The notes beneath the pieces are model-generated. The model saw nothing but the letters and a program-made list of their open reading frames with translations. It was not told where the DNA came from and made no database searches. A program made the position numbers and the translations under genes. This document shows, one piece after another, positions 31,301-45,500 of a stretch of 64,000 nt of DNA. How positions within the stretch are numbered: position 1 is the stretch's first letter; every line of letters starts with the position of its first letter. The DNA comes from Phoronis australis (taxonomy: Eukaryota; Animalia; Phoronida): positions 79,588-143,587 of the forward strand of contig NMRA01000271.1 in NCBI GenBank assembly GCA_002633005.1, in the 5' to 3' direction.

Positions 31301-34300
31301 ACCGGCGGAATTCATTATGTTCAGACAGGTATCTTTTTGTTTGGTTTAAATAGCATAAAATCAGTTTTTAACGGTAATCAAGAAGGAACATGTTTCATGG
31401 CTTGTCTATCGCATTTAAGAAGGTAACAGAATTCAAAATTAAGTTTTACAATTGGTTCTGGTCTGCATCCATCTCTTTTAAAGCTCCCACCAAAGCAATT
31501 TCAGCGACTTTTTTCAATGACAACTACTGTTTGAACAAAGTGACTCGGAGACAATTAAGGGTTTTCAAAGACAAACGATGGGTTTTGAGTCCCCCTCCCC
31601 CCTCTGCGTCATTGGATCTCTGAAGTTGGGAAAAGAAAATACCCTGTTCCGCAACACTTCCAACTCATAGTGTATCATATGAAAAATACCGCGTCACCGT
31701 ATCAATTCTCTTAAGAACCACAAGCCAGAACCAATTATGGTTTTTGGCCTTGTGCTCTCGTTTACCATGAATGGGTAAAGCACTGGTATTCTGTTTGAAT
31801 CCCGCCCAGTATCTATATCGTCAAGACATTATCTTTATCCAAGCTAATAACATACTCGTCTAAATGTCGTTATGGATAAACCATGACATCTTTCGGCTAC
31901 AGTTGATATCCAAAATTATACACAAAACATGCCGAAGATGGTGTATTTGATAACTCCAAAATTAAGGTGATAAATTGTGTCTTTGGTGTCGAATATTGAA
32001 CTTCTAGCCCATTTAAACAAACAGTATGCACAACATGGGCCTGCAAATTTTGAACTCCACAGAAACTTGGTTTTTGCCGCAAGAATCTTTGTTTAATAAG
32101 AACGTGGTGACAGACTAAAAATATGGTGAAACATTAAGGCTGGTGTTTATGCGTAGGCGACTAAAGATTTCGTTTTTATGCTGTATAATTAGTGCACATA
32201 CATTGCTTTCTGTTCCAGGTAATTAAAAAAGGCGTCTTGCAGCAGAGGGGGCGAGTGTTTTGCCGAAACATCAAAGATGAATGCCCTACTCTTACTTGCG
32301 GTCCGAACGCCATGTTGCTACCAAATCAGTGTTGTAAATCATGTCCCGGAGACGGTTAGTAAAATGAATCTACAAATGAATGTTTTTCTTTCCACGAATT
32401 TAAAGTGACTGACAACATCATTGAAATGTTTAGTGCGTTTTTGCGTTTTTGTAATGTCTTTTTATGCAACATCTTTACAGCTTTTCATTTTATTTGTTGC
32501 AAAAATCAAGTTATTGAAAATATCGTGTGAAATGTGCGCAGAAATGTTCAGTGTGATATTTTTCACCGCTACGTAATTAATTATATGTACATTAGATGCA
32601 AGAATGTCACCACGCCAATGTTGCACAAACGGTTTGCGAGAATTCCTAAGCTTTTTGGCATGTTTCCAAATGTTTCGTCTCTAAGTATCTACGGTGCTCG
32701 GACGTCACGAAATTATTAATTACCTTCAGAAAACAAAGTTATTTCCACATACCCGACGTGCAAAAACACCAGTTTAAACATTTAGGTGCCTAAAAAGCAA
32801 TGGCCGGAAAGAAATTTTCAAAAGTTGAAAATTATATTGTCTAATACGTTACCATTTGTTGGCATGACGTTTACTGGGTTTGTATTGTATTACAAATCTA
32901 TACGAAGTCGCTTCCCGAAATGTTAACAAAAATAAAAGTGATACTCTAATATGTATTGACGCCGGTGGCGTCAGATATTTCGATGAAGTTTTAACGGGTC
33001 TGACTGAGAGATGGCCTTGGTAAGTGGACCTCATTGACATTGGCACGCACAAGGTATACTTCCACCACCATGAAGTCGGATCTTTTGAAAGTTGATTTCA
33101 CGTCATTGTCAGTCGAGGCGCCAACAAACCTCCAGTCAGAAATGGCTAAATTGACTTTCTGAAAAACAACGTCGATAGACAATAGTGGTTGCGTAAATAT
33201 TTTCACGTAAGCGGGACCCCGAGAAGCAAAACGTAGTGAATCCATTGAGACCCTCGAAAATACGTGGCGTGTCTTTCTCTGGGGAGTCTAAATACAAACA
33301 CTCCAATACTGCCACCGTGTGTGCTCAGGAGTTTTCATTAATAGTTTAAATCCAAACAAAGGCAATTGATCAAAACTTGCCGTTTGAACTGTGGCCACAA
33401 AACGTGTAGACGTCTCAAATAAAAATACTTCTTTCATCTTCGTAAGCCTATTCACCACCCTTTGTTGGTAACAAGTAGTTTTCTTAGGAATTTAGGACTT
33501 GACTATTTGCGTAGGAATAATTACGAATGGTTCGCGTTGTTGAAAAGCCAGCCAGCTGATAGGATGGCCTTTCTAATAAACACGGCCTCTAATACCACAT
33601 TTAGCACCTTTTAAAGCCGTCGGCTTACAACGCTTCGTTTATTTTCGTTTATTCTACATAGGCCAAGGCGTGGTCTTCAATTCAGTCTGTCAACCTGTTA
33701 ACAAATGAACAGGTGACTTATAACGATGTTGAGTGATATTACGAAATCCTGCCACTTGTAATTAACTTCATCCCAGACTCTAGCCGCCGTCTGAACGTCC
33801 GAAACATTTCACACGTTGGTTGACGGTGATGACGTCTAGACCGTCAGGCTCCGGGCTTCTGAAAAAATAACCGTTGTTAACTTTTGCTCGTCGTGTGTTT
33901 TTCTTCACAGTTATGTGTTAAATTTCGCACATTCAATACGACATTTATATAAAAATATTGAGAAATTAACTTCCGAGCGATAGAAATAGAGCGCCATTCA
34001 GTGTCGTATTTCTGTAAACATTCGACTGTTTATTTTATGCTAATAATGAAAGAGTAATAAATAGTACTCTAAATTCAGGTGACGGGCACTCGATCTTGTC
34101 GCTTCGCAGTAGTACTTTCACTACAGACAAGCGTACTTTCAAACTCCATTCCTAAGTTTACGACTTCAGAATTTGCCAAGTGATACTCAACTAATTTCAA
34201 ACCAAACCGAGGCTCAAGTCGTAAATAACCCATCCCAGCTCGTGAGGTGTAAAGCCGTTTTTAAGTACCTATAAAGTCAGTTCAATTATTGTTTGGTGCA

Positions 34301-37300
34301 CAGCAAGTTACGACTGAATAACGTTTTAATGATGCATCGTGTTTTCTTTGACCATCACGGTGGTTTGTCGCGTTCTTCAGTGTTTATTTAGTCTAGTCTC
34401 TTGTCTCTAGCGAAAAGTCTGCGTTCAGCTTAAGCCAAACACATAAATATGTTTGTTTTCGTTGCCAATTACCGATGCTCCGGTTTAATAAACAATTCTA
34501 AGTGTTAAACTAAAATTAGAATTGGCTTACGCAACATTTGATGTTTCCGTTAGGCGAAGGTGCAACTCTTTCTGAAAACTGTTTGTCACCTGCTAAGTCA
34601 CAACTGTGATGGTGTCGATTCTCGATCAAGATGGGGAAATTTTTCTGACAAACGTGTTCGTCCAATTTGGTGAATTGAAATTTCATAGATTTGTTAAAAA
34701 GACACTCCACACTTTGTTTTCACAACAAAGTATATGAGTTTCAAATACTTGTACGTTTTGAGCCTTTTCCATAAACTTTTGAAACATTATTTTTATGTGA
34801 ATGTGCAAGCAAACTGGTTTCTACACTGGAACTAGACAAATAAAAATTTGAAGTGGTTTTTACAAATGCATTTTTTTATTTTCAAAAAAATTGCTTATCT
34901 AACATCTCTTAAAATATATATATATATATATTAGTGTAGTACTCGGTTATATGTTAAATAAACGTAATTATAATGGTATGAATTAGTGGAATGTTCAACA
35001 ATGTATTTATAGGGAAACCAAAAATTTAACAATTTGCCAGCAAGAAATTCACGTTCTTGTTTTGACGTAATGTTTACAAGTAATACACACATATAAACGT
35101 TTTTGTGTGCCTAATACAATAGTTTGTATCCGATATTTGCACATGCAGGTGTACTTGTAATGAATGTGTATAAATTAAGACTCACCTAACAACACCTCGT
35201 GCAGTGGCGGATCTAGGATACCATAAGGGGGGCCCAACATGTTACCTTGGGGAATTGGGCAAAGCGCGAGGGCATTTGCACAAGCGGCCCGAAAGTTGCG
35301 GGGGCCGGGCATGTGGACCTCCCGTTCAGGAAATGTATCTGCAAACTAAAAAAAAAACGGGTACACGATTGCGACGGGGATCTGAGCCCCCCCCCCCCTC
35401 GTCCGCTACCGGTCCTAGTTACTGAACTACTGAACTCAATATTTCTTCACGCTGTGGCTGTTTCATTTTGCTTGGGGCGCCTCCCCTCTCCCCCCCCCCC
35501 CAAATCCGCCTATGTCGTGAATTACTTCCGTGAACGCTCGGCTAGTTCATAAAGGGGGAAGTTTTTTATCATTCAGCCTCTGCGCCGAGTTATCGGAGCA
35601 TTAGTTACAAGTACTCGCAGCCTCATCGTGGTCAGTTTGGTGTCATAAAAGGTAGAAATGTATTATTTAATAAATTGCGGACTGCATCATAGTCACTAAT
35701 CAAACTTCAATTAAGGTATTTATGATCATCAAATTCTGAATTGAGCCGGAAAATGTTAATTTTGAAAAAAATGCTGGTGTCATCTTGAAAGATAAGTTTT
35801 GAGCAAACTCGGTTTAGTTAGAATTATTTTTAGAAGCTTTCTGTCACGGATGTGTAAACATCATTGTACTGAAATTATTATTGATATTATTTTATGTGAA
35901 TTTTGATCTCTACTCCAGAGCCCTTCACTGTCAAAAATATACAATCCTTGGTGAATACATCGCCGACTGATACAAGAAGTATGGCTGTGTGGAGGACCGG
36001 AAGTGACGAAGGCAAAGGTATGGAGTCTGTCACCACTAGGGGAATTAAGAGCCTTCTCTTGTTAAACATGAGGAACTGTTGCACATTTTCTGTCAAACAT
36101 TTCTCAAAGTGCTTTATCGTGTCTCCGTTAATCAAAAAATCTTGCTATGTCTATGCCATTCTATTATCTCTAAGACAAACTCACAATATTTCATCACCGT
36201 CAAGTGGAAAAGTTTTACTTTTGCAGATTTCCTTGCACTGATGACGCCGAGACCGCAAGGGACGAAATCTAAGAGAACGAAGTCCAAAGCTGTGGCCAGA
36301 GCGCAACTGACCCTACTTCAGGGAGATCTTCACTTCTCCATCAAGTTTGACAAGTACGTAACATCTTCATTAGTCATGAGTTGAAATCGAACACCATCTT
36401 TATTTCTCTACGTGTTGTTCAGACAAATTTGGAAAAACGGTGTTTTGAAACATTAGAATTACGAGTCCTAATTGCCTCCAGTAGTCGTAAAACGTGCCTG
36501 GTAACGACGCCAGTACATTTGGATTGTAGCATATAAAATTTCTATTGTTTACCATTTCAGTATCAAAAAGCCAAAGTTCATTAAAGTCGTCGACTATCAA
36601 AACACTACGTTGTTTGAACACGAAATCGATACGATGGAGAAAGACATGGTGTGCGCCATCTGGCGGAATGTGCCCTCAGTCTACATGAGCTTCCTGGTGA
36701 CGGGAAAACTCAGGGTGACACTTGAAGCAAGACGCGAAGAACTCTCTGGCGTCATAATTACCCACAGAGGGTTAAAAGAAGGTATGTAATAGGTTCGTAA
36801 ATTACTGGGCGAAATCTGAGACTGGTCCAGGCACAAACTTTTGTGGCGCTCAGCCTAGCGAAGAAAATGTTTTTAAAACGCGTCTTTGTTAAGACAGCCA
36901 AAACCTTGTTACCTATCGTCGAGTCATTTGAGTGACGCTTATATCTTTTAAAGTTCTTTCAAAATTCCTTTTTTGTATTTCAGAATCGTTCAGTTCTCTT
37001 CTGTCCCCCACTGAGCCCGACGGTGGCGCCGCCCTGGCGATGATGACGATGACAGACGATCAGAAATCGCTGATGTTCATCGTTCGGTTTGCGGATGTGC
37101 TACACAAACTCTCCAACGAATTCATTGTTAAATTCGCGCGAAAGAAGAAAGTCATGAAAGAGTTCAAGTTTGAAATAACCAGTGATGTGAGAAACGAGCT
37201 TTTCTCGAGCAATTGTGTATTCTAACCTCAGTTTGTTTTTCGTAGCATTATCTTCTTTGCTAACAAAAGTCATGAGTGAACAATGTATTAAGAGCATAGA

Positions 37301-40300
37301 ATGAGTGTGTAACGGTTGCACTGCTAAGTTTTATTTTAATTTCAGCGTCAGATTTCATGGATTACATCTCGTGTTTAACTATAATTCTTGTATAATGATT
37401 GAACTAGAGTTCATTGTATAATGAAGAAACAGTTCTCTTCGGATGAATATTTATCTCAATTCATCTAATTTCACTGAACATGTATTTCGCCCTGTTTAGC
37501 TAGTTAAAAAAGCAAATTAAATTAGGCCTTTTACTCCCGTCAAAACGATCTCATAATGTTCCTTTCCGTGATATTCTTATCTCCGTTATCAATTCGAATC
37601 ACCACATACTACTCCATAAACGAATTCGCAACTTCAGGGCTGGCCAACCCCAATTAATTCTGAAGCGGTTTCTTGAGTCATTGGTGGTTTCGATGTTCTT
37701 GTTGGTAACGGAAATAGAATCCAAATACAGTGATGAATGTTATAAGACCAATTTAATGATAGTAAAACGCCTAATTCGCTTTTCGTTTATAGTCAGCGAA
37801 ACAGGGCGAATCAATGAGATACATCGTACGCTTATCTCAAACACTGGGTCTCTATGTTTAAACTAAATGTTTTGTTTATGTTTGCACCATAACTGAAACT
37901 GTTGTATTTTATTGACACTTCAGACATTAGAGTTCGTGGATATGTGGTCTAAGCTCCCTAAATCTCGACTGAAACAACTGGTTCGAGGCCGACTGAATTT
38001 GGTGGTGGAACATAACAAGAAAGAAATATTCCGAGGGCAGATTACAGTGAAACAAACGTGCGGAGGTAAATTCACGTGTCCTGGAAACACACTGTTCCTC
38101 CAGGGGAACACGGTGCATTAAAATTGCAGTACAGTGACTCGCCGGATATCTCTTGATCAGTTGCTTTTCGAGTAGTAAAATTTCATTGTTTTGGAGAATG
38201 AAAGAAGTTCACCTTTACAACAGCTAGATAGCGCAAGCCGGAGCCTGCGTCTCTAAGCATAAATTTGTAAGATACTGTCTTCTGATTCAGAATAACGGAA
38301 GTGTCACGCAGGCGATCGCCTGTTCGCTGAGATGGGTTTGACTAAATGCAAGTGTCATTTCAGTGTACCAGGCTATTTTGTCTGGTAACGCGAAGGCTGG
38401 AAAGTCAGCAGCGGGGGCTGGGGGATCTGCCGTGTTGAAGATTGATACCAAGGGCCGCGTCACCTACTGGGTAAGTTGAACACCAACCTTATTATGTCAG
38501 ATCATCACGTCATCTCGCCTCTCTTTTGCTTTAGTAGACTCCATCTCAGTTTTCGCCCTTGGGTTGTTTTATTCTTCAAAGGTGTTTGAGGTTGTGCCGC
38601 TTAAAATGTTGTTTCACAAAAAAACAAACGCTTGATGCCATTTAGTTATCTTTATTCAGCAAAAACAGTGATAAAGGATAGCGTAGTTGTCATTTCAAAT
38701 CGGTGACTCGTTTTTATTTAAAAAGGAGATTTTTAATTATCTGTTCTTGCTCCATGTATTGTTTTTGTGTTAACTGGATTTTCTAGTCAAAAGTGTTGCG
38801 TGACGGTGTCATGAAAAAAGGAAAAGATCGTGTTTCGTTTGAGCTGTAAAGTACCTACGCCGATAACATCCTATTTTCGAGGGCATTGGGTTCATTTTTA
38901 TCCAAGTGCAAAGCTTTACGGTCGACTGAAGTCCTAATTTTCAGGTATGTTTCGCGATACACCTGGAGTTACTTTCTCATTGCCACCTAACTCGTTTTCA
39001 GGTTCATTTGATTGGGCTTCAGTCCAAAGTGACGTCACTGGCACTCCAAACGGCACCGAATAAACGAGGCAAATCGAAGAAACTTCTGAAACTCACTCAC
39101 CTGTTTAAAACAGACGGCGACTCGTTTGATGGCTGGGCGAATGGGACCGCGGACAGATTGAAACCCAAAGAGATGCATTCGCTGATTCGCGGCAAACTGA
39201 AGGTCAATGTGCAAACGGAATACCACAATAGCGCCCTCGCTGGCGATTTGGTTTTGATACCATCACCTAACTACGGTGTAGCCACGATTGGTAAGTGGTC
39301 ACCCTAATAACGTAGTCAAATTAAAAATAGTATCGTTTTAACTATTTTGATTTAATTAATCATGTCATTAACGCTGGCAAGTACAACCAGTCCAAAACCG
39401 ATATTTGTTACCCTTCCGCGGCATTCTAAAAATGCAAGTATTTTCTCCTCGAAAAATCGAAGAGAAAATTATGCTAATCACCCGGTGATGCTATTCAAGT
39501 TCTTCCATTGTTTGAAGGAATAGATTTCATCAACTTTTAGGAAAATTGCTGTAAATTGAAATACTCATAAACTAAATTTCAGGATCGCCACTGGTTATGA
39601 CCGGTAAGAGCGTCGATCCACCGGTAGCCACACCTGCTTCGGGTCTGGCCTGGTTGACCCTTGGTGATGACTGCAACCTACAGTACCAGATCTATCTGGG
39701 AGGCNTCTTCGCCAGTTCAACACAAAACGCGTATTAAACGTATTCTATGTCAAAATGTAGCTGTATTCCCTGTCCACTTACCGTCGAAATGTGATAATTT
39801 TAAGGGGAAATACACTCACGTAAAAAATATGAACTTGGGTCATTTGTTGTTATAAATTGGTCTTACTCAGAACAGAAATGATGTCTAAGAAGAAGCAGCT
39901 CATCGTTCCAGTCTTAGTCCAGGGTACAGTTCAGCAACTTTGCCTTCTTAGTTGCTATGGTGATAGAACCGTCTCGGGAATTCCAGGAATTTTGTTGTAA
40001 CCAATTACAAATCAAACAAGGTGTTGAATTAGCAGGAAATGTTCCTTTAATTGGCGTTGTGACGTAATATACGTGTGATTACAGGTACGGATCCAGGATT
40101 TTGTGTTAGAGGGGGCCAGAGCAGAGTATTAGCCAGGATTTTGCCTGTCAGTGAGACATTCCCAACCCCCGAATTGCCAAATGGAATCTGGGAAAACTTT
40201 AGGGGGGCCATGGACCCCTTGGCCCCCCTCTACTTATCCGCTACTGGACTATTAACGAATCCTCTTTCTTTCTTTCAGTCGAGTGGACTGCTCTCGGACA

Positions 40301-42496
40301 TTTCCGCCGACCTTTTGAATGCTATTAACGCTGGAGAAGCCAGTCTAGAAGTCACTTCCAAATCACACCCTAAAGGAATAATGAATACGAAGGTAAATTC
40401 AGCCTCCCGTTCAGTAACGCTAGGACCTCGCTAAAAAGCAAGACTTTGCGAGATTACGTGAGATATTGCCGAGCATTTTAAATGAGAATAAGTGACTTTG
40501 ACTAGGTTTTAGCTAGGTCTTAGCGTAGGTCCTAGCGTCTACTGAACGCACGCCAGTCTTGTCTACAGAAAACGTTCTTATCTGTCACACGTAGTTGCCT
40601 AGCTTCCTGATTTAGGCGGAAAGTTCCAGATTTTTTAGAATTCTTGGGTCTGCCAAAAAGCTGTCAAATTATCCTGATTTTTTTTGAAAGTCGAAAGTGG
40701 ACGAAAGGGAAGGCGAATTTGAGACAGCGTATGATTTGTCTAGGGGGTTTGCCGCCTCCGGATTTTGGAATTTTGAAGTCCGTTAATTGCGTAAACACTG
40801 CACCAATTGGGGTCGTCTTCAAAATATTTTGAATTTCTTAAAAGCTAATCAGAAGAGATACTGAAAATTCTCGTTGTTAGTTGTCAGTTCGAAACAGAGC
40901 CATATCAGCACGCGTCTGTTAGCCGAACTCTACAAATCGAAGTCAAATTAACATTGAAAACCACGTAGAGTTTTTGCACGCCGCAGCATTCTTGTGGAAA
41001 TTAGTCGTTTTGTGAAATAATTACGTCATCTACAGAATGATTCTCCTGAGAAAGGCTCCAAACCTGTGCTTATATTTTTTACTTGAGCTATGGACCCGAA
41101 ACTGTGGCACGCGTTTCGTACAGATTGTTCTCCAGGCCGCTGTCATCGTTTTCTCGGCAGTGTATCGATTTCGCGCTCGACGGATGTATTCCATAGAACA
41201 GCACGTGTTTTCAGATTGGACAGGCGCATCAAGTTGTGAAATGCTGACGGGGGACATTTCAAGCACCTACTGTAAAAGTCCTTGAATGGGGATACAAGAT
41301 TTTGCTTTAATTAGAACATCTTGTCAGACATTCGCCTCTTAGTGCTTCATTGGAGTAAATCCAGCGAGCGTGGGATAATCGCTGGGACGCCGCCTAAAAC
41401 GCTAGCATTATAATGGTTCAACATCAGCAGGAGCTCAATATGTAAAATGTACAGCCTGTAAAACTTAAGTTCCTGCCTGTTTTGGCAATAGATCGGTGCC
41501 TGTTTCACTGAGGAGAATCACTCAGCATATTTCTATTGTTTCCAAATCAGGGCTGCGTTCCGTAGACACAAGAATCTCGCGAATAAAACTATTACGACCA
41601 CATGCTTGTTTTGGCGACGAGTTGCTTGATTGCGTTTTCGTGAGGTTCTCGCGTGTACGGAACACTGCCCGATGTATGGGCCTATACGTATTTTGAGTTA
41701 TGCATTGAATGTGATGCTTCTATTAAGAATTTACAGGGTGCCCCAGAAACTGTACTCACGCTTCGGCATATCGCTGACTTAAAACCGCTTTAAAACATTG
41801 CAGCCTTCTGATCCACTTAGCCATGCAACTATTTTTGTCTTATTCATCTAGGTTCACATTCCCAACACGTGTAGCCATGTAGACCGTAATGTTCTGAGCG
41901 AACAGAACTTAGAATACGACAACGAATATTTGAAACGAGAGCGCACTAAGTGTTTATACGAGGATACAGTCTATAGTGACGGTCAAAGCTGGATCCCTGA
42001 CGGACACCAAACTTGCACCGCCTGCAGCTGTAAGGTAAGTTGACCCTGACGCAACCGGACTCGCTGTAAGTAGGGGCCTACGCCTAACCCTTTGCTGGGG
42101 GCCTACGTGCTCACCAAAGGCATTGTAGAATGATTAAGTGATGTAACAGTTACCGGATATGCGCGTGTTTTGATCAGAGCGCCTTTATCCGATATAATAC
42201 GTTTTTTCTAAAGGAATTATTTACTTAAGCGTTTCGCATATAGGCGCACGCACCTAAGCTTCAACTGTAGGCACCTGCGCCTATCCCACGTTAATGTGCA
42301 TGTCTTAAACTGGGTGTTTTGATGTGTTTTGCTTCTTATCATTTATCATTGATAGCCATTGTTAAATTCGAGGCACTTCAACGTCTGTCATTTTGTAATA
42401 GACAGGTCAAGTTTCAATGATTTGTAAGTTTATTCTCGGTTTTGCTCTCAAGGTTTTCACATATAGGCGCATGCGCCTTAATGTAGGCGCAGCTTC

Positions 42497-42546
<50 letters not shown>

Positions 42547-45500
42547 GTGTGTGCGTGCGTGTGCACGTGGGCCTAAAAACACGCAGATACTACAGTAAGC
42601 ATATCTTAAGCCTACCGTAAGCATTTGGCATCAAAATAGATCGTCGTCGCAAATTTGATTTCACTTGAGCTGTGCTTGCATAAAACTTTATCCACTGAAT
42701 GGCGTTGTTGCTAACTAATAGACTTAGATCTGGACAATAGTCTCATATGAGGAACCTATCGGCCAGTAGGGGTTCCACATAAGTCATTATCAGGCTAACT
42801 ATGCATTCAGTACAGCACTATGGCTAAAGGGCTTCTAGTGAACAGCACAACGCATCAGACACCCTATCTATTTTTTTCTTTACCTAGGGATAAAACGATT
42901 AATTTTATGCAACGCGTTTGTTATACGCACGTGCTCACTTCTCAATTTTATGTTATTTGTCCTCAATTTCAGACTCCCTTTCGTTGAGTGGCTTTCATCA
43001 AACTTTTCTCACTGCTTGATATGTTCATTGCAGACTGGTAAAATTCTTTGCCATGTCGCCGAGTGTCCAAAACTCGACTGTGACAACCCCATACCGGTTG
43101 AGGGTGAATGTTGTCCACAGTGTACAGCTCCGTCTACCGGAACACCACAGTGTCGATCTCCTGGAGACAACAGACTTCACTATGAAGGAAGTCTTTGGCA
43201 TCCCTACGTGCCTCCGTTTGGATACTCAAAATGTGCAGTTTGTTTTTGCAAGGTAAGTTTAGTTTAGGATTGGGATAAGCTCGCTACCTGGTGTGCCGTG
43301 TTCCTAGTCAATGTCACTGTCTGATCTAGGATGTCGCCTAGTCGGATGTGACGGCCCCAGGGCATTCACATCGGGGGGGGAACTTATGACTGATTGGTAC
43401 TTAAATTGAATAAAATTCCTTCTTATGTTTCATCCGTACATTCCTTAGTAGTGAGTTCATGCAACTGAGTAGAGAAAGAGGCGTCCTATAAAAAATCACC
43501 CCAGGCATAGCCATACCCCTGCACGCTATTGTGGTGTTGGCAGGGGGTCTTTCAACCACAATTTTCCAAGAAAGCGTGTGTTCTTGTTTTTGTTTTTGTT
43601 GATTGTGTCTGTACGGGAGAAGAAGTCCCTCTAAATCCACCTGTGGCAGAGTAATTTTTGTGTGTTTATTTTCTTAAATTTTCTTTACCGTGCTCTATCA
43701 CTGGGTTTTATTTTTCAAAATAATAAATGTGACACAAGTTTCTGCTTCCGAGTATCTAAGCTAGATATCTTATGATTACCTGTCACGTTAACAGTCTTGT
43801 GGGTTACAGAGAATTTTAAAGCTGCATTTTTCAGATCATTTTGCGCAAAACTATTCAAATACATACGCTGGAGCGTTGGAAACTGAGTGATTTAGTGGGG
43901 ACTTAGTTCTCTCGACATCTAAGGAAACAATTTACATGACGTGAGCGTTCGCTATGTGCCACCGTGTCGGGTTCAACAGCAACATTATCGGCGAAAAACG
44001 TTTTTTCTGAGATCAACCGTAGCGCATTGTCGAGCTTAAAATCCCCACGGTGGCAGTCTTAACGCTCTGCTAGCGGAGATAAATGCCATTCTGTTATTGT
44101 ATTTTAAGCGTGTTTAATTAATTAGTAAAGTCGTCTGCCTTGATTTCAGTAAACGCCTGGTAGACAATGGCTAGAAATGGCGATTTGGAATAAAATCCCA
44201 CAAACAACTTACTTTGTTGTTTTATGGCTCTAGTCAAAGCTAATTATTATTAAAATCTGTCCCGCCTGATAACAATCACAAAAATGCATTTTTGGCCGTG
44301 AAATCGATAATGTCCACTTAACAAGCTGACACTATTTCATAGGGCGACAGCGCTTACGATTGCAAGAAGCTCGCGTGTCCTAGACTGGACTGTCCTGACA
44401 GTGTGGCCATTCGCAGGAACCCTGGAGACTGCTGTAAAGTGTGTCCGTTTTTCAACAACACGAGGAATGACCTCATTGACCCCGGGGCTCGTAGTGACCT
44501 TCAAGGAGACACGGTCATTGGGGGTATGTACCGTGTAATTATAAAAAGTGTGTTAAGCTGAGTTTGCTTGCCGCTAAACAAGACGTGGAGTCCATAAAAC
44601 GGTACTTAAAGAATTCTTTGCTATATGTCGGCATTGGTTTCAACTTCCAGTTGGAATTGAAAGACTATCAGTGGGTTAATTGAAGCTGTTAGGTTTATAT
44701 TTTAGAAGGATTGATCAGCTCTGTAACTTTCCAGAGTATTCTTTGACTCCAATATGCCTTTAGAGGTTTTTGCGGCAACGGAAAATTAAGAACTTTCATA
44801 GTTACGAAATTTTCATGTCCCTAACAGGAAAAGTGTGATTTTGTTTTGGGGATATCTGAACAGGAGGACATGCAGTTTCAACACCTTTCCCCTGTAGTAC
44901 CCGGATGTACTCCACTATTTTTGTGGAGACTGCAACTAGCAAGTTAGAATACACATCCATTTGTGGGATCCGTTTGTGTATGTTTGTGTATCCAGCCTCA
45001 ACAAAAGAGTTTTGGTTCGTGACGCAATCGTGACCCTTTCGTTGGAAATCTAATGCCGATAAAGATACCGCTTTTGAACTAAGGCCTCGCACAAAATAAG
45101 AGACCTCACCTCGCAGGCTCAAGGGCTCCTCGAAACTTTTGTGGTTCGGAGAGTGGTGAAAATCAGTGCTCGTAATTTTGCTTTTTTAAGAAGATTTCCT
45201 CCTTTGTGTTTTTGATTTCCTTTTATTTGATTTACATTTTACTCCTTTTCGTCTCCTTTTTACCATTATTTATATCTGTTGACTTTATTTGTGCAAAAAA
45301 GCTTCTGGCAGTTAAACTTTACAGCACATTTTTTTGTCACGTGAGCCTATCAATTTGTAGAACAATACGTCACCTGGAAATTTTTCCTCTTTTTGTCGTT
45401 GGTCATCACAACGCCTGGAAAATTGTGAATCAGGAATTTGAATAGTGGGAACGGAGGATGTGAAAATTGTAAATTGTGACGACCAAGGGGTGAAAATTGC

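Noticed and set aside
36651-36667. Strong CTCF-like match GTGCGCCATCTGGCGG
   Set aside because: It lies in chordin coding sequence (VCAIWR) and is explained by codon content.
45206-45445. Small hydrophobic membrane-protein ORFs (also 56528-56815 and 63651-63958)
   Set aside because: They are translations of a T-rich dispersed repeat present three times, with no conserved frame.
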